From the NCBI GenBank assembly GCA_037442745.1, contig JBBIPP010000005.1, positions 14,976 through 78,975 of the forward strand: 64,000 nt of DNA, given 5' to 3'. Position 1 is the stretch's first letter; the number at the start of each line of letters is the position of its first letter. The translations under genes and the position numbers were made by a program. Under the pieces are notes generated by a model that searched no databases, was not told where the DNA came from, and worked only from the letters and a program-made list of their open reading frames with translations. Shown in pieces: positions 40,486 through 50,295 of this stretch. This DNA is from an archaeon. GTDB taxonomy: Archaea > SpSt-1190 > DYHY01.

Positions 40486-41784
40486 TCAGGTTCCTTCCGA
40501 ATATCCGGAGAGGTATTTCTCCTGCTCCTTTGTAAGTTTGTCAATTGAAGAGCCCATTGAGATGAGCTTCATTCTCGCGACAAGCGCGTCTTGCTCGGGC
40601 GACACAAGCCTTACTTGGGGCTTTGCATTCTTTCCTGAATTCTTGTCCCGGACAATCTCGAGAATTGAGAGGAGCTGGTTCGCAAAGGACATGTCCATTA
40701 CTTCTGAAGGATGTCCTTCTGCAGCGGCGAGGTTGACGAGCCGACCTTCCGATAGAATGAAAACGCGCTTTCCCTTCACAACATATTCGTCCATATCCGG
40801 GAGCACCCGCCTCTTCTTCCCTCCAGCCTCCCTGAGAATTGCCGGAACATTGATCTCAACGTCAAAGTGCCCGCTGTTCGCAAGTATTGCCCCGTCCTTC
40901 ATTTCCCTGACATGTGATGCGGTTATCACGTCCCGGCATCCAGTAGCTGTTATGAAAATGTCTCCCTCCTTTGCGGCATCGGTCATTTTCATTACCCTAA
41001 AGCCGTTCATTCTCGCCTTGAGGGCTGCCATTGAATCTATTTCAGTAACAATAACGTTCGCTCCTAGGCCCCGTGCCCTCTCGGCAATCCCGCTTCCGAC
41101 ATGGCCGTATCCCGCGACTACCGCAGTCTTGCCCGCAAACATTGTGTTGGTTGCCCGGAGAATCCCGTCAATTGTCGACTGCCCAGTCCCCCAGATGTTG
41201 TCAAAGTCAGCCTTTGTCTTGGCGTCAGCAACCGAAATTACTGGATATTTCAGTTTCCCGTCCCGGGCCATTGCCCTGATTCTCATTGCGCCAGTCGTAG
41301 TCTCCTCGCATCCGCCAATCATTCCGGCAAGGTATTCGGGCATTTTCTCGTGGATGTAGAAAACAAGATCCGCCCCGTCGTCAACAGTAATGTTCGGCTT
41401 TATTTCGAGGCATTTTCGTATGCACCAGTAGTATTCCTCGTTGTTCTGCCCCCTCCATGCGAACACCTGCACTCCAGCTTGGGCGAGCGCCGCGGCAACG
41501 TCGTCTTGGGTTGAGAGTGGGTTACAGCCTGACCAAGAAACCGTTGCCCCGAGGTCTCGGAGAGTCTCGACTAGCACTGCAGTCTCCTTTGTCACGTGAA
41601 GGCAGCCGGATATCCTTATTCCCTTCAGTGGTCGCTTTCCCTTGTTAGCCCTGCGAAGCTCCATTAAGACAGGCATGTTTTTCTCGGCAAGGGATATTTT
41701 CAGACGGCCTTCCTTTGCGAGGGAAATGTCTTTCACCTTGAACTTTTCGTTTCCTGACAGTCCGGATTCATTTTCAGCTTTCAT
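40486..41784 (-). CDS. ahcY: Adenosylhomocysteinase
   Basis: CLHVTKETA, CNPLSTQD, EETTTG, NSGHFDVEI, GRLVNLAAAEGHP.EVMDMSF. Confidence 0.97.
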   Translation of the reverse strand: MKAENESGLSGNEKFKVKDISLAKEGRLKISLAEKNMPVLMELRRANKGKRPLKGIRISGCLHVTKETAVLVETLRDLGATVSWSGCNPLSTQDDVAAALAQAGVQVFAWRGQNNEEYYWCIRKCLEIKPNITVDDGADLVFYIHEKMPEYLAGMIGGCEETTTGAMRIRAMARDGKLKYPVISVADAKTKADFDNIWGTGQSTIDGILRATNTMFAGKTAVVAGYGHVGSGIAERARGLGANVIVTEIDSMAALKARMNGFRVMKMTDAAKEGDIFITATGCRDVITASHVREMKDGAILANSGHFDVEINVPAILREAGGKKRRVLPDMDEYVVKGKRVFILSEGRLVNLAAAEGHPSEVMDMSFANQLLSILEIVRDKNSGKNAKPQVRLVSPEQDALVARMKLISMGSSIDKLTKEQEKYLSGYSEGT

Positions 41785-42404
41785 TTTCTAGTAATTCCTT
41801 TCCTTTCTTTTTCTCTCTTTCTCTCAGAAGGATTTCGCGGGGCTTCTCTCGCCTCGGCTGAGAGTATTGAATTGAGGATTCCTCGGACGAAATCCTTCTT
41901 TTGCCTGAAAGACGGGACAACAAAGTCGGGATAATCGAATTCGCTGAAGAATTCCCCGACCTGCCTTGCGCAGTCCGCGAGCATTAGCGTCCTCTTCTCA
42001 TTCCCGGAAATCCTTGCCTCAAGATATGCCCGGTTGATTTCCCCTATTGAATCGGCAAGTCCCAGGAGAACCGCTTCGGGAGGAATTCCCTCCATTTCCG
42101 GGAACCGCCCATTCTTCGAGACTGAAAAGAAAATCAGGGCTTCGGAATACTCCTGGAAAGCGAGCTGGACAGGGAAACTGGAATAATAGATTGAGGGATT
42201 TTTCCTCAGGGCTCTCTTGAGAATTGAGATTTTTTTTCCGGCATTTAGAAGGAGGATGCGCGCCTCCTCCTTTTTTCCCGAATGATATAGCGCAATTGAG
42301 CGATCAGAGAGTATTTTCACCACTCGGGCAATCGGGTTTAGTAAATCTGATTCCGAGAGCTTTTTGTCAAGAGCCTTTTTTGAGGACAGGAGAGTCGATT
42401 TCAT
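41781..42404 (-). CDS. Translin/Trax-family protein
   Basis: QEYSEA, LLGLADSIGE..R, R.K.D..R; helical. Confidence 0.8.
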   Translation of the reverse strand: MKSTLLSSKKALDKKLSESDLLNPIARVVKILSDRSIALYHSGKKEEARILLLNAGKKISILKRALRKNPSIYYSSFPVQLAFQEYSEALIFFSVSKNGRFPEMEGIPPEAVLLGLADSIGEINRAYLEARISGNEKRTLMLADCARQVGEFFSEFDYPDFVVPSFRQKKDFVRGILNSILSAEAREAPRNPSERKREKERKGITRK

Positions 42405-42463
42405 GCAGTGTTTCTGAGCCGAAAACGGGCGAATTTAAAAGGTTTCGAGAAATCCCCCGGTGA

Positions 42464-43114
42464 ATGATTGTTGCGGGAATTGATGAGGCAGGAAAGGGAC
42501 CGGTTCTCGGGCCAATGATAATTGCGATTTTCGAGGTTGATGAGGCCTGTCTTGGGGAGGTGCTGGCATCTGGAGCGAAAGACTCAAAGCTCCTCTCGGA
42601 GAACAAAAGGGAGGAAATCCTTTCTCGCCTTGAGAAAATAGGCTCTGGAAAAGTCAAGGTAATCTCCCCACAGGAGCTAGACTCCCGGGATTGCTCACTG
42701 AACGAGTTTGAGATGAGGGAAATTGCAAAGCTTATTGACAGTTCCCGGGCTGAGGAATTCTATATCGACTCTATTGAAGCCAATGGGGAGAGGCTTGCTG
42801 AGAAAATAAGGGCGCACCTAAGGGTGAAAAGAACGGTCCGGATAATTGCGAAACCAAAGGCTGACCGGGATTATCCGGTTGTCTCCGCGGCAAGCATTTT
42901 CGCAAAAGTGAGAAGGGAGCTTGAAGTAGCAAAGCTCAAGAAGGTTTTCGGGGATTTCGGCTCCGGCTATCCTTCGGACGAGCGGACACTTGAGTACTTG
43001 AAGAATTTCATTGCGGAGAATGGCGCACCTCCATCAATTGCAAGGAAATCGTGGGAAACTGTTCGAAAGCTTATTAAAGGGGGAAAAGACCCCGTTCAGA
43101 AGAAGCTTTTTTAG
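42464..43114 (+). CDS. rnhB: Ribonuclease HII
   Basis: GIDEAGKGPVLGP, DSK.L, KAD..YPVVSAASI.AK, GSGYPSD, RKSW. Confidence 0.96.
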   Translation: MIVAGIDEAGKGPVLGPMIIAIFEVDEACLGEVLASGAKDSKLLSENKREEILSRLEKIGSGKVKVISPQELDSRDCSLNEFEMREIAKLIDSSRAEEFYIDSIEANGERLAEKIRAHLRVKRTVRIIAKPKADRDYPVVSAASIFAKVRRELEVAKLKKVFGDFGSGYPSDERTLEYLKNFIAENGAPPSIARKSWETVRKLIKGGKDPVQKKLF

Positions 43115-43175
43115 GAATAGCAATACAATTTTCAAGCATTGCAATCTTGAAGAACGGAAAAAGTGATTTGAAAAA

Positions 43176-44021
43176 ATGGAAAAGAAAAAAAACAGCGCTT
43201 ACCAGACAGCGAGCCTCAAGAAGAATTTGATTGACTCTGCGAATAGGATAATTGACTCTGAGCTCGCAGGACATGAAAAGGCGCAAAAGTTCGCGGAAAT
43301 ACTCCGGAAGAACAGGACAATATCTTTCTACCAGGAGCAGGCGAACATACTGACTGTAAAGAGGCTTTCATTCAACGACCACGGGCCGGTCCACTCCCTG
43401 ATTGTCACGGGAAACGCGCTAAAGCTCCTCTCGCTTTTCGAAAAGGCCGGGCTCACGCCGAGCGTAAAGGATGGCAGCCCGGTTTTCGGCTCAGATGAGG
43501 CACGGCTTGTAGTCTTTGCGGGCGCATATTTGCACGACATCGGGAACATGATCCACCGGGAAAAGCACGAGTTCTTCTCGACAGTCCTCGCAAAGGACAT
43601 TGTGGAGAGGGCGCTAATTGAGGTCTATCCGGAAAACGAGAGGAGCAGGGCATATCTCCTGGGAGAAATACTCCACGCAATACTCTCCCATGACGAGGAA
43701 ATACAGGCAGTTAGCATAGAAGCCGGCATTGTGAAGATTGCTGACGGAACGGACTGCACTGAAGGGAGGAGCAGGGTTCCTTTCATTCTCGGGGACTTTG
43801 GAATACACACAATGTCTGCGAGATCAATAACTGACGTGAACCTCCTTTCGGGAGAGGAAAACGAAAAGCCGGTTGTAATTGAGGTCAGGATGAAGGACTC
43901 TACAGGAATTTTCCAGATTGAGCAGGTCCTCATGAAGAAAATAAAGACAAGCGGTCTTGCGGACAAGGTGAAGGTAAAGGCAGTCGTTGAGACTGAAAAA
44001 GGCAAGGAGATAACCTTCTAA
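43176..44021 (+). CDS. HD-domain phosphohydrolase (COG3294-like)
   Basis: NDHGPVH, YLHDIGN.IHR, ILSHD, ADGTD...GRSR. Confidence 0.88.
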   Translation: MEKKKNSAYQTASLKKNLIDSANRIIDSELAGHEKAQKFAEILRKNRTISFYQEQANILTVKRLSFNDHGPVHSLIVTGNALKLLSLFEKAGLTPSVKDGSPVFGSDEARLVVFAGAYLHDIGNMIHREKHEFFSTVLAKDIVERALIEVYPENERSRAYLLGEILHAILSHDEEIQAVSIEAGIVKIADGTDCTEGRSRVPFILGDFGIHTMSARSITDVNLLSGEENEKPVVIEVRMKDSTGIFQIEQVLMKKIKTSGLADKVKVKAVVETEKGKEITF

Positions 44022-44080
44022 GGGGCTAAAAGAACCAAAAAGCTTTTTTAACCGGCCGGGCAGCGGGTTCGCTGTTTCAG

Positions 44081-44416
44081 ATGGATGAAAAAGGGGGAGA
44101 TTCCTTGGAAGCGAAAACCGAAAATCCCCAGGTAATTATCCTGAAAAGGGCCACCTCAGTTCAGCGGGAGAAAAAAGACGTCCCAATGGGCATAGTTCTC
44201 CTGGTAGGAGTCCTGATATGGGTCCTTGTTTTCGGAACAATTTTCTCCTATGCGGCGTTTTCCCCGTGCAGTTTCGTTGCAGTTGTTATTGGCGAAAGGA
44301 AGACCCTTGAGACAATTGCCGACCGGCTCTCAATGGACTTTACTGACGAGAACCATTGCAGGCACTTCTTGAGGCTGACAGTCGTCACTCCCGGTTTTGT
44401 TGCGGAAGAAGGATAG
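44081..44416 (+). CDS. Single-TM hypothetical protein (paralog of 45932..46300)
   Basis: KKDVP + TM helix + PCSF shared with downstream paralog. Confidence 0.7.
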   Translation: MDEKGGDSLEAKTENPQVIILKRATSVQREKKDVPMGIVLLVGVLIWVLVFGTIFSYAAFSPCSFVAVVIGERKTLETIADRLSMDFTDENHCRHFLRLTVVTPGFVAEEG

Positions 44417-44491
44417 CAAAAGTTGCTTGCGTTGTCGGGAATAGCCAAGGAACTCTGAAAAGAAGCAATTCCGGAGATTGGTTGAAAAAAC

Positions 44492-44887
44492 TCAGGTCTT
44501 GAGGAGATGCCTCTCCATTACAACCCAGTAATCAATCTGGTTTCCGGGCTGAGCCTTTGCCCGGATGTCGTTGAAATCCTCCTTTTCGGGAATGTCGATT
44601 TCAAAAGTCTCATAGCTAGCATTGTCCATTAACTGGAGCCTGTTCCCGCTAACAGAGAGTATCTGGGCCTGCCTCTTGTCAATTATCGGAATGTCGCATT
44701 TCGCGTGCGTTGGCGATATTGTCGAGTGCCTCGAGCCGTCAAACATTGAAAAGCCGTCAATTCTCGCCTTTGCGTGCCCGTGTTTTCCCGGGGCGGAGAT
44801 GTCGACTGAGACAATCTTGCAGGGATGACCGTCCATTATTAGGAAGCTTCCCTTTTTTATTTCGCGTATTTCGCCCTGTCTTTTCAT
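44492..44887 (-). CDS. eif5a: Translation factor aIF-5A
   Basis: PCKIV, SAPGKHGHAK hypusine loop, PIIDKR.AQ, LQLMD..SYETF. Confidence 0.96.
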   Translation of the reverse strand: MKRQGEIREIKKGSFLIMDGHPCKIVSVDISAPGKHGHAKARIDGFSMFDGSRHSTISPTHAKCDIPIIDKRQAQILSVSGNRLQLMDNASYETFEIDIPEKEDFNDIRAKAQPGNQIDYWVVMERHLLKT

Positions 44888-44961
44888 TGGAGATTCGGCA
44901 CCCTGAAAACCGCTCCTTGGGAAAGGTATAAAAGCTTTTTTATCACGGATTGGGAGGTCGA

Positions 44962-45423
44962 ATGAATTTCATTTTCCATTTCTTCTTCAATTTCGCGGTC
45001 GCATCGCTCTGCTTTGGCCCTATTGAGGCGAAGAGGGCGGTTATTCCAATAGCGATTTTCTCGACAATAATTGACGTTGACCATGTCAGATATATTATCA
45101 GGGAATGGCGGGGTATATTGAAAAAGAGGTTCGGGGCGAAATCGAGGACAATTTTCCACGATTTTCTCGGGCTCGCAATCTTCTCCTGGATTTTCTCAAT
45201 AATCTTCTTCCTCCCATATAGGGAATTCCTCTTCCTCGAGGCGTCAATACTCTCGGTAATCCTTCATCTTGCAGTCGACTTCCTAGCTGGAAAAGCTCAT
45301 CCACTCCAGCCTTTCAGCTTCGTTGAGACCTGCTTTTTCGCTATTTCCGCTCGCGCAAAAATTATTCTGGAAATTTCCCTGACAGTTGTTTTCGGAGGTG
45401 TTTTCCTTTTCCTGTGGCAGTGA
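44962..45423 (+). CDS. Membrane metal-dependent hydrolase (YdjM-like)
   Basis: H near N-terminus, IDVDH, RTIFH, HLAVD; hydrophobic. Confidence 0.75.
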   Translation: MNFIFHFFFNFAVASLCFGPIEAKRAVIPIAIFSTIIDVDHVRYIIREWRGILKKRFGAKSRTIFHDFLGLAIFSWIFSIIFFLPYREFLFLEASILSVILHLAVDFLAGKAHPLQPFSFVETCFFAISARAKIILEISLTVVFGGVFLFLWQ

Positions 45424-45881
45424 ACAGGAGGGCGAAGAAGAGGAAGCGGATTCTCCCCTTTTTCGACTCAATCAGGAATTTCTATGAAAGGTCTGCAAAC
45501 AGGCTCCCACTTCCTAACGTTTCCCCGAATCTCCTCTCGGGAGCGTCCCTTTTCTTGAGCATTGTTTTTATGGTAATTGCTTTCAGGAGAGCCTTCGTCC
45601 CGGCAATCGCTGTTCTTGGGCTGGTTTTACTAATGGACGCCTTGGACGGAATTATTGCAAGGAAATATTCCCGGGAAAGCGAAAGTGGGGCTGCAATAGA
45701 CTTTTTCGTCGACAGGCTGTCTGAGGGCATAGTAACCCTTCCTTTCTTCTTTCCTTGGTTCATTCTTTTCGGGCTAAACAACCTTGTCTCAATAATCGGG
45801 CTTGCGAAAAAACGGCACACCATCCTTCCAATAAGGCTTTTCCTCATGATATGGCTTGTCAGGGAAGAATTCTTTCCTTAA
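45414..45881 (+). CDS. CDP-alcohol phosphatidyltransferase
   Basis: SPN.LS, DALDGIIAR......SGA.ID...DR motif. Confidence 0.9.
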   Translation: MAVNRRAKKRKRILPFFDSIRNFYERSANRLPLPNVSPNLLSGASLFLSIVFMVIAFRRAFVPAIAVLGLVLLMDALDGIIARKYSRESESGAAIDFFVDRLSEGIVTLPFFFPWFILFGLNNLVSIIGLAKKRHTILPIRLFLMIWLVREEFFP

Positions 45882-45931
45882 AACCAATTAAAAACGTTTA
45901 AATATTCGGATTCCCAAAGTTATAAAGGATT

Positions 45932-46300
45932 ATGAGGCGGGGACAGGTTCCTTTGGGAGCTTCCGGCAATGCAAAGCAGGATTACTACTCCCGGCTCTAC
46001 AGGCAGGCGGAGAAAAAGGATGTCCCTCTTGCAGTCGTTATAATTGTCGGGGTTTTCATATGGGTCCTGATTTTCGGCTCAGTCCTAGCGTTCGCTGTTC
46101 TTGCGCCGTGCAGTTTCACGAAAACCCTTGTGGGAGATGACACTTTTGAAAAGTTCCAAAATCCGGCAATAAGAAGCCCGCCTTGCGATCCTGCCCGGGA
46201 CGCGACCTGTGTTGTCTGGAAGCTCGATGATGCAAGGTCCTGCGGATGCTTTTTGAGATATACTGTTATGGGAACTGGTTGCCCTGGCTATCTTGAATAA
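45932..46300 (+). CDS. Single-TM Cys-rich hypothetical protein
   Basis: KKDVP + TM + PCSF, six Cys after TM; paralog of 44081..44416. Confidence 0.7.
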   Translation: MRRGQVPLGASGNAKQDYYSRLYRQAEKKDVPLAVVIIVGVFIWVLIFGSVLAFAVLAPCSFTKTLVGDDTFEKFQNPAIRSPPCDPARDATCVVWKLDDARSCGCFLRYTVMGTGCPGYLE

Positions 46301-46724
46301 ACCACCGGTTGTCCTTGATTCGACCTGTTTCATACTTGCTTGGAAGCTTCCCTGCTCAATGAACAGATTCTCTTTTTTCACTACAGGAATGGTTTCCGGG
46401 GAAATGCGCTCGCCGGAGGCAATCCGGAGATTTTCAGCAGTCTCGCCAGCCGTCAAAAACCCGGGAAAGGAGAGCGTGGAAGAGGCGAAAAGGATTTCCA
46501 AAAAATTAAATGACAAGAAGCTTTCCGAGGCAGACATCTCAGTCCTTGCCCTAGCTCTTGAGCTAAATTGCCCCGTTGTCACTGATGACTATTCCCTCCA
46601 GAACGCTTGTTTTGGAGCAGGAATCGAGCCAATTCCCCTGAGTTTCAAAGGGATTTCCGAAATGAGAAAATTCACCCCTGATTCCGCCAATAAGGGGCGA
46701 TTGGGCCGGCCAAAGGATAAATAG
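46293..46724 (+). CDS. Nob1-like PIN endonuclease lacking zinc ribbon
   Basis: VLDSTCF, LSEADISVLALALEL, VVTDDYSLQN. Confidence 0.8.
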   Translation: MNKPPVVLDSTCFILAWKLPCSMNRFSFFTTGMVSGEMRSPEAIRRFSAVSPAVKNPGKESVEEAKRISKKLNDKKLSEADISVLALALELNCPVVTDDYSLQNACFGAGIEPIPLSFKGISEMRKFTPDSANKGRLGRPKDK

Positions 46725-46816
46725 GAAAAGGCAATAGTCATACTGTCTCGTTCTGCAAGCAGTTCTCTAGCCAGAAATATTGCTAATTGTCCTGCGAAAT
46801 TGTCTTTCATCAGGTA

Positions 46817-47028
46817 TGGTGACACAAACCGAAATGACCTCACAGCAGAAAATAGTGCTCAAAGAAAAGCAAGGCCAGTTTGAAAAAGAGTTAGAAGGAG
46901 AAATTCTCGAGCAGGCTGGCTCCCCTGAAAAGAAGGACACAGTCCTCCTCCTCTGGCGGGATATCTCGATGGAAATTGTCCAGATGGACATTTCAGCAAT
47001 AAGGGAAAAGCTCGACCGCCTGAGCTGA
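46817..47028 (+). CDS. Small acidic hypothetical protein
   Basis: MVTQTEM... helical ORF within 46780..47028; start approximate; no family recognised. Confidence 0.4.
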
Positions 47029-47229
47029 AAAACACTCACACGGGAACGCAAGACGGAAATCTCCAATAGACTGCCAAAGAAGGAAACTGGAAGAACTTAT
47101 TCAATCCCCCCCTCTTCCCCACCAATTCATGTTCTGTTCGGCCGACATTCGGGGAGTTTCCACGCGTTCCATTCATTTTTGCTGAAATTTCATGAAAACT
47201 TCAAATAATCCAGTGAATTATTTATTGAC

Positions 47230-48100
47230 TCAATAAGGCTTTTTATTTAGAAAAATCGTTTTATGTCCAAGTTTAATGTATTCCTCAACTTCGTTATTGG
47301 GTAATTCAATGGAGGGCTTTTTCTGCATTTTATTCGGCAAGCAAATAGCGTGTCCCGAACTGGAAATAACAAACAATGGCGAAGAATGCGCTTCCCTAGC
47401 AAATACTAAAATGGTCGAGAGAATTCTGTTATGTGTTTTGGATATTTGAAGGAAAGGGGAATATTCATCTATGTTCTTTAGGGAGGAAGTTATCATTTTT
47501 CCGCGCGCGTCTTGTGTTGGTGCCGCTTTTAGGAAACCACAAGTAAAGTTCCCAAGCAACCATTTTGAACGAATTCGGCGATATGCAGACCGCTCAATCC
47601 AAATTTGCTATTCGGAATCTTTGTCCGCAAGTTGCTTCTCTTTCTTTGATTATTTTTTAAGAGCAAATCAAATTTGAGCAAGAACACGAATTTCTTTGTC
47701 CTGTATTTGCTTCTAATAACTGGCCAATTGGCCTTTTTCTTTGCTCAACAATCAATTCTTTTGTTTCTTCATTGCCTAAGAAAGCCAATTCTCTGTTCTT
47801 GAATTTTTTAACAAAATAAATTATTTCATCTTTTGACAAGATGAGCTTCTCTCTGGTTGCTCCTTCCATTAAATAGGTAGAATAACTATAAGAATCAACA
47901 ATCACCTATTTAGAAAATATCCAGGTGTTCTTCCAAATAAATCGCGAGACCGAACGGATTATCGTCGAGGATTGTTGCGCTTCCGGAAGAACGAGCAAGT
48001 TGTTTATATCTACAGGTTCACCTATATGCTTGTCAAATATTCGCATATTGTTGGAATCAATGACAAAGTTAAACTCATCTAATCAAAAACCTATTTGCTC
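47230..48100 (-). pseudogene. AT-rich degraded gene, possibly PIN-domain
   Basis: FNFVIDSNN near 48075, NRILSTIL...LFVISS near 47400; several stops/frameshifts. Confidence 0.35.
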
Positions 48101-48241
48101 AGAAGAGCTTTCTTAACATCCAGAGGCTGGTTCTTTGGAGAAAGAAGCTCAACATAATGAAAATAGTGACTTGATTGTATAACTTTTTATCAAATTTCCT
48201 TGTTTGAAAACTCTTTTAAACCAGAAAAAACCTCCTACTCA

Positions 48242-48315
48242 TAGGTCTGGCGGAATGGATAACGCCGCGCCAGAACCGGTAGACTATTCGGCGTACCAAA
48301 TAGGTGTACAGAAAA
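48242..48315 (+). promoter_or_regulatory. Structured 5' leader of rps15
   Basis: GGTCTGGCG/CGCCAGAACC stem; loop ACGCCG complementary to downstream CGGCGT; TTTTAAA box ~25 nt upstream. Confidence 0.55.
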
Positions 48316-48777
48316 ATGGCACGAATATACGCGCACAAGAAGGGAAAGAGCGGGAGCACCAGGCATGTCAGGTCCTCGAACCCCTCCTGGGTTAGATTTG
48401 CCCCGGAAGAGATTGAGAAAATCGTCCAGAGGCTCGGAAAAGAAGGAAAGCAGACATCTGAAATAGGGATGCTTCTCCGCGACCAGTGGGGAATCCCCTC
48501 GGTAAAGCTTGCGACAGGGAAGACAATAACCGAAATTCTCTCGGACGCTAAACTGATTTCCGATTATCCTGAAGACCTCCTGAACCTGATGACAAAGGCG
48601 GTCAAAATCAGAAAGCATCTCGTTGTTGCAACAGCCGACAAGCACTCTACAAGGGGGCTCAAGAACACTGAGATGAAAATTCTCAGGCTAGTCAAATACT
48701 ACAAGAAGGAAGGACGGCTTGCGGCTAACTGGCAATACGACCCGGAAACCGCTGCAATAATCGTATCAGGGAGATAA
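48316..48777 (+). CDS. rps15: 30S ribosomal protein S15
   Basis: MARIY..KKGKSGS, IGMLLRDQWGIP, PEDL.NL, RLVKYYK. Confidence 0.97.
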   Translation: MARIYAHKKGKSGSTRHVRSSNPSWVRFAPEEIEKIVQRLGKEGKQTSEIGMLLRDQWGIPSVKLATGKTITEILSDAKLISDYPEDLLNLMTKAVKIRKHLVVATADKHSTRGLKNTEMKILRLVKYYKKEGRLAANWQYDPETAAIIVSGR

Positions 48778-48792
48778 AGGTGATAACGAAAA

Positions 48793-49527
48793 ATGGCAAC
48801 TAAAGGAACTGCGCAGGACAGATGGAAACGAAAGGACTGGTATACAGTCCTAGCTCCGGACTATTTCCACAATGTGGAGGTCGGAAAAATCCTCTCAACA
48901 GAGGCAAAAACCCTTCCTGGGAAGAGCATTGACACGACAGTCTATGACATGACGAACGACCCGAAAAAGGCGCACATGAAAATGCTCCTTGAGATAACTC
49001 ACCTCGAGGGTAAAAAGGCGCACACAAAAATAAGGGACTTGGAGCTCGTCCGCGCGTTTGTTCGTAGCCTAGTCAGGAGACGGATTACAAAAATAGAATC
49101 CGTCGTGTCTGTTGAGACAAGGGACGCAATCAAGGTCAGGATAAAGGCTCTGACAATAACTGCCGCGAAATGCAGGTCAAGCCAGAAGGGGAAAATCAGA
49201 AGGGCAATGATGAAAGCGACCTTCGAACTCGGAAAAGCCAAGACTTTCGAGGAGCTCCTGATGGACACTATTGGGGAAAAGCTTCAGAAAGTGATCAGGG
49301 AAGAGATAAACCTGATCTACCCTGTGCGGAACGTCGAAATCAGGCGGATACAGGTTATAAACCCGCCGATTTCAGTAGGCCGTCCGAAATCGAAGAAGGA
49401 AGGGGCGTCCTCTGAAAAAAAGCTCTCTCCTCAGGAGGAAGAGGAAGGAATCCGGGCAGACCAGTTCCCATCGGACGAGGAAAAAGAAGCTTCTTCTGAG
49501 GAAGAAACTGAACAAAAGGGAGAATAG
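48793..49527 (+). CDS. rps3ae: 30S ribosomal protein S3Ae (eS1) with acidic tail
   Basis: DRWKRKDWY.VLAP, VRSLVRR, IYP.RNVEIR. Confidence 0.95.
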   Translation: MATKGTAQDRWKRKDWYTVLAPDYFHNVEVGKILSTEAKTLPGKSIDTTVYDMTNDPKKAHMKMLLEITHLEGKKAHTKIRDLELVRAFVRSLVRRRITKIESVVSVETRDAIKVRIKALTITAAKCRSSQKGKIRRAMMKATFELGKAKTFEELLMDTIGEKLQKVIREEINLIYPVRNVEIRRIQVINPPISVGRPKSKKEGASSEKKLSPQEEEEGIRADQFPSDEEKEASSEEETEQKGE

Positions 49528-49539
49528 TTAGTAGGGATT

Positions 49540-49589
49540 CCCGCCGCCGGTCTTTTGTTTTTGAGGGCGGCGGGCAATTTTCATTTTTT
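49540..49589 (+). terminator. GC hairpin plus T-tracts after rps3ae
   Basis: CCCGCCGCC (49540-48) / GGCGGCGGG (49566-74), T-rich loop and tail. Confidence 0.6.
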
Positions 49590-49654
49590 AGCAATTTCAA
49601 GGGATTTTCATGGAAGGTTCCAATGGTCTCTCCTGAACGCGGGAATACGAATAA

Positions 49655-50220
49655 TCAGCCAATTTCCTTCCCGAACCTCCGGGCAGTCTTCCGCATTATC
49701 TCGTCATCCGCCATGCGCAACTCTTCAGTGTTCCTGACTGCCTTCCAGTCGGCAAGCTCAGGGACATCTAAGATTTCATCCGGGACTTTCCTCATAATTG
49801 CCGAATATCTAGGGTTCGGCTCCCCTTTAAGGAGGAAAATCCCCTGCATCCATTCCACGTAGAAATAGAGGACTCTGTCGTGGTTGGGGGTGCCTATGGA
49901 CATTTTCTTTAGAGACAGTTCCTTGTCCTCTTTGCCTTCAATATATTTGCAGGATAGTCCGGTTTCCGGAGCAAGGGAATCCAAAGCCTCACTAGTCTTG
50001 TCCCTGAACTCTCCGAACTTTATTCCGGGAATAACTTGCTCGCGGGAATTGTCGACAGTCTTTTCATGGCATTTCCCAATATGCTGAAAATGTATTGCTC
50101 CCCTCTAGCCAAAAATCGAGTCTGCGTATTTGGGCTCACGGAGATATTGGGAATGCTCTTCCCTTGGCAGTTCCTTGAAATTGACAACACGCCTTTCTGT
50201 AACCAAGAAGACATATCCAA
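49655..50220 (-). pseudogene. Frameshifted hypothetical gene
   Basis: Protein-like 3' ORF 49655..49984 stays open upstream to ~50105, then stop; 5' ORF is in another frame. Confidence 0.4.
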
Positions 50221-50295
50221 TTTGTTTCAGGCGAGCAATAGAAAATAGGTATGTTTTTATGTGTATTTAGACATGTTTAAACATATTGAAACAGT

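Noticed and set aside
40187-41359. Long antisense ORFs (e.g. 40187..41359, 3508..4431, 19647..20579, 59322..60062)
   Set aside because: They shadow well-supported genes on the opposite strand and show no family motifs
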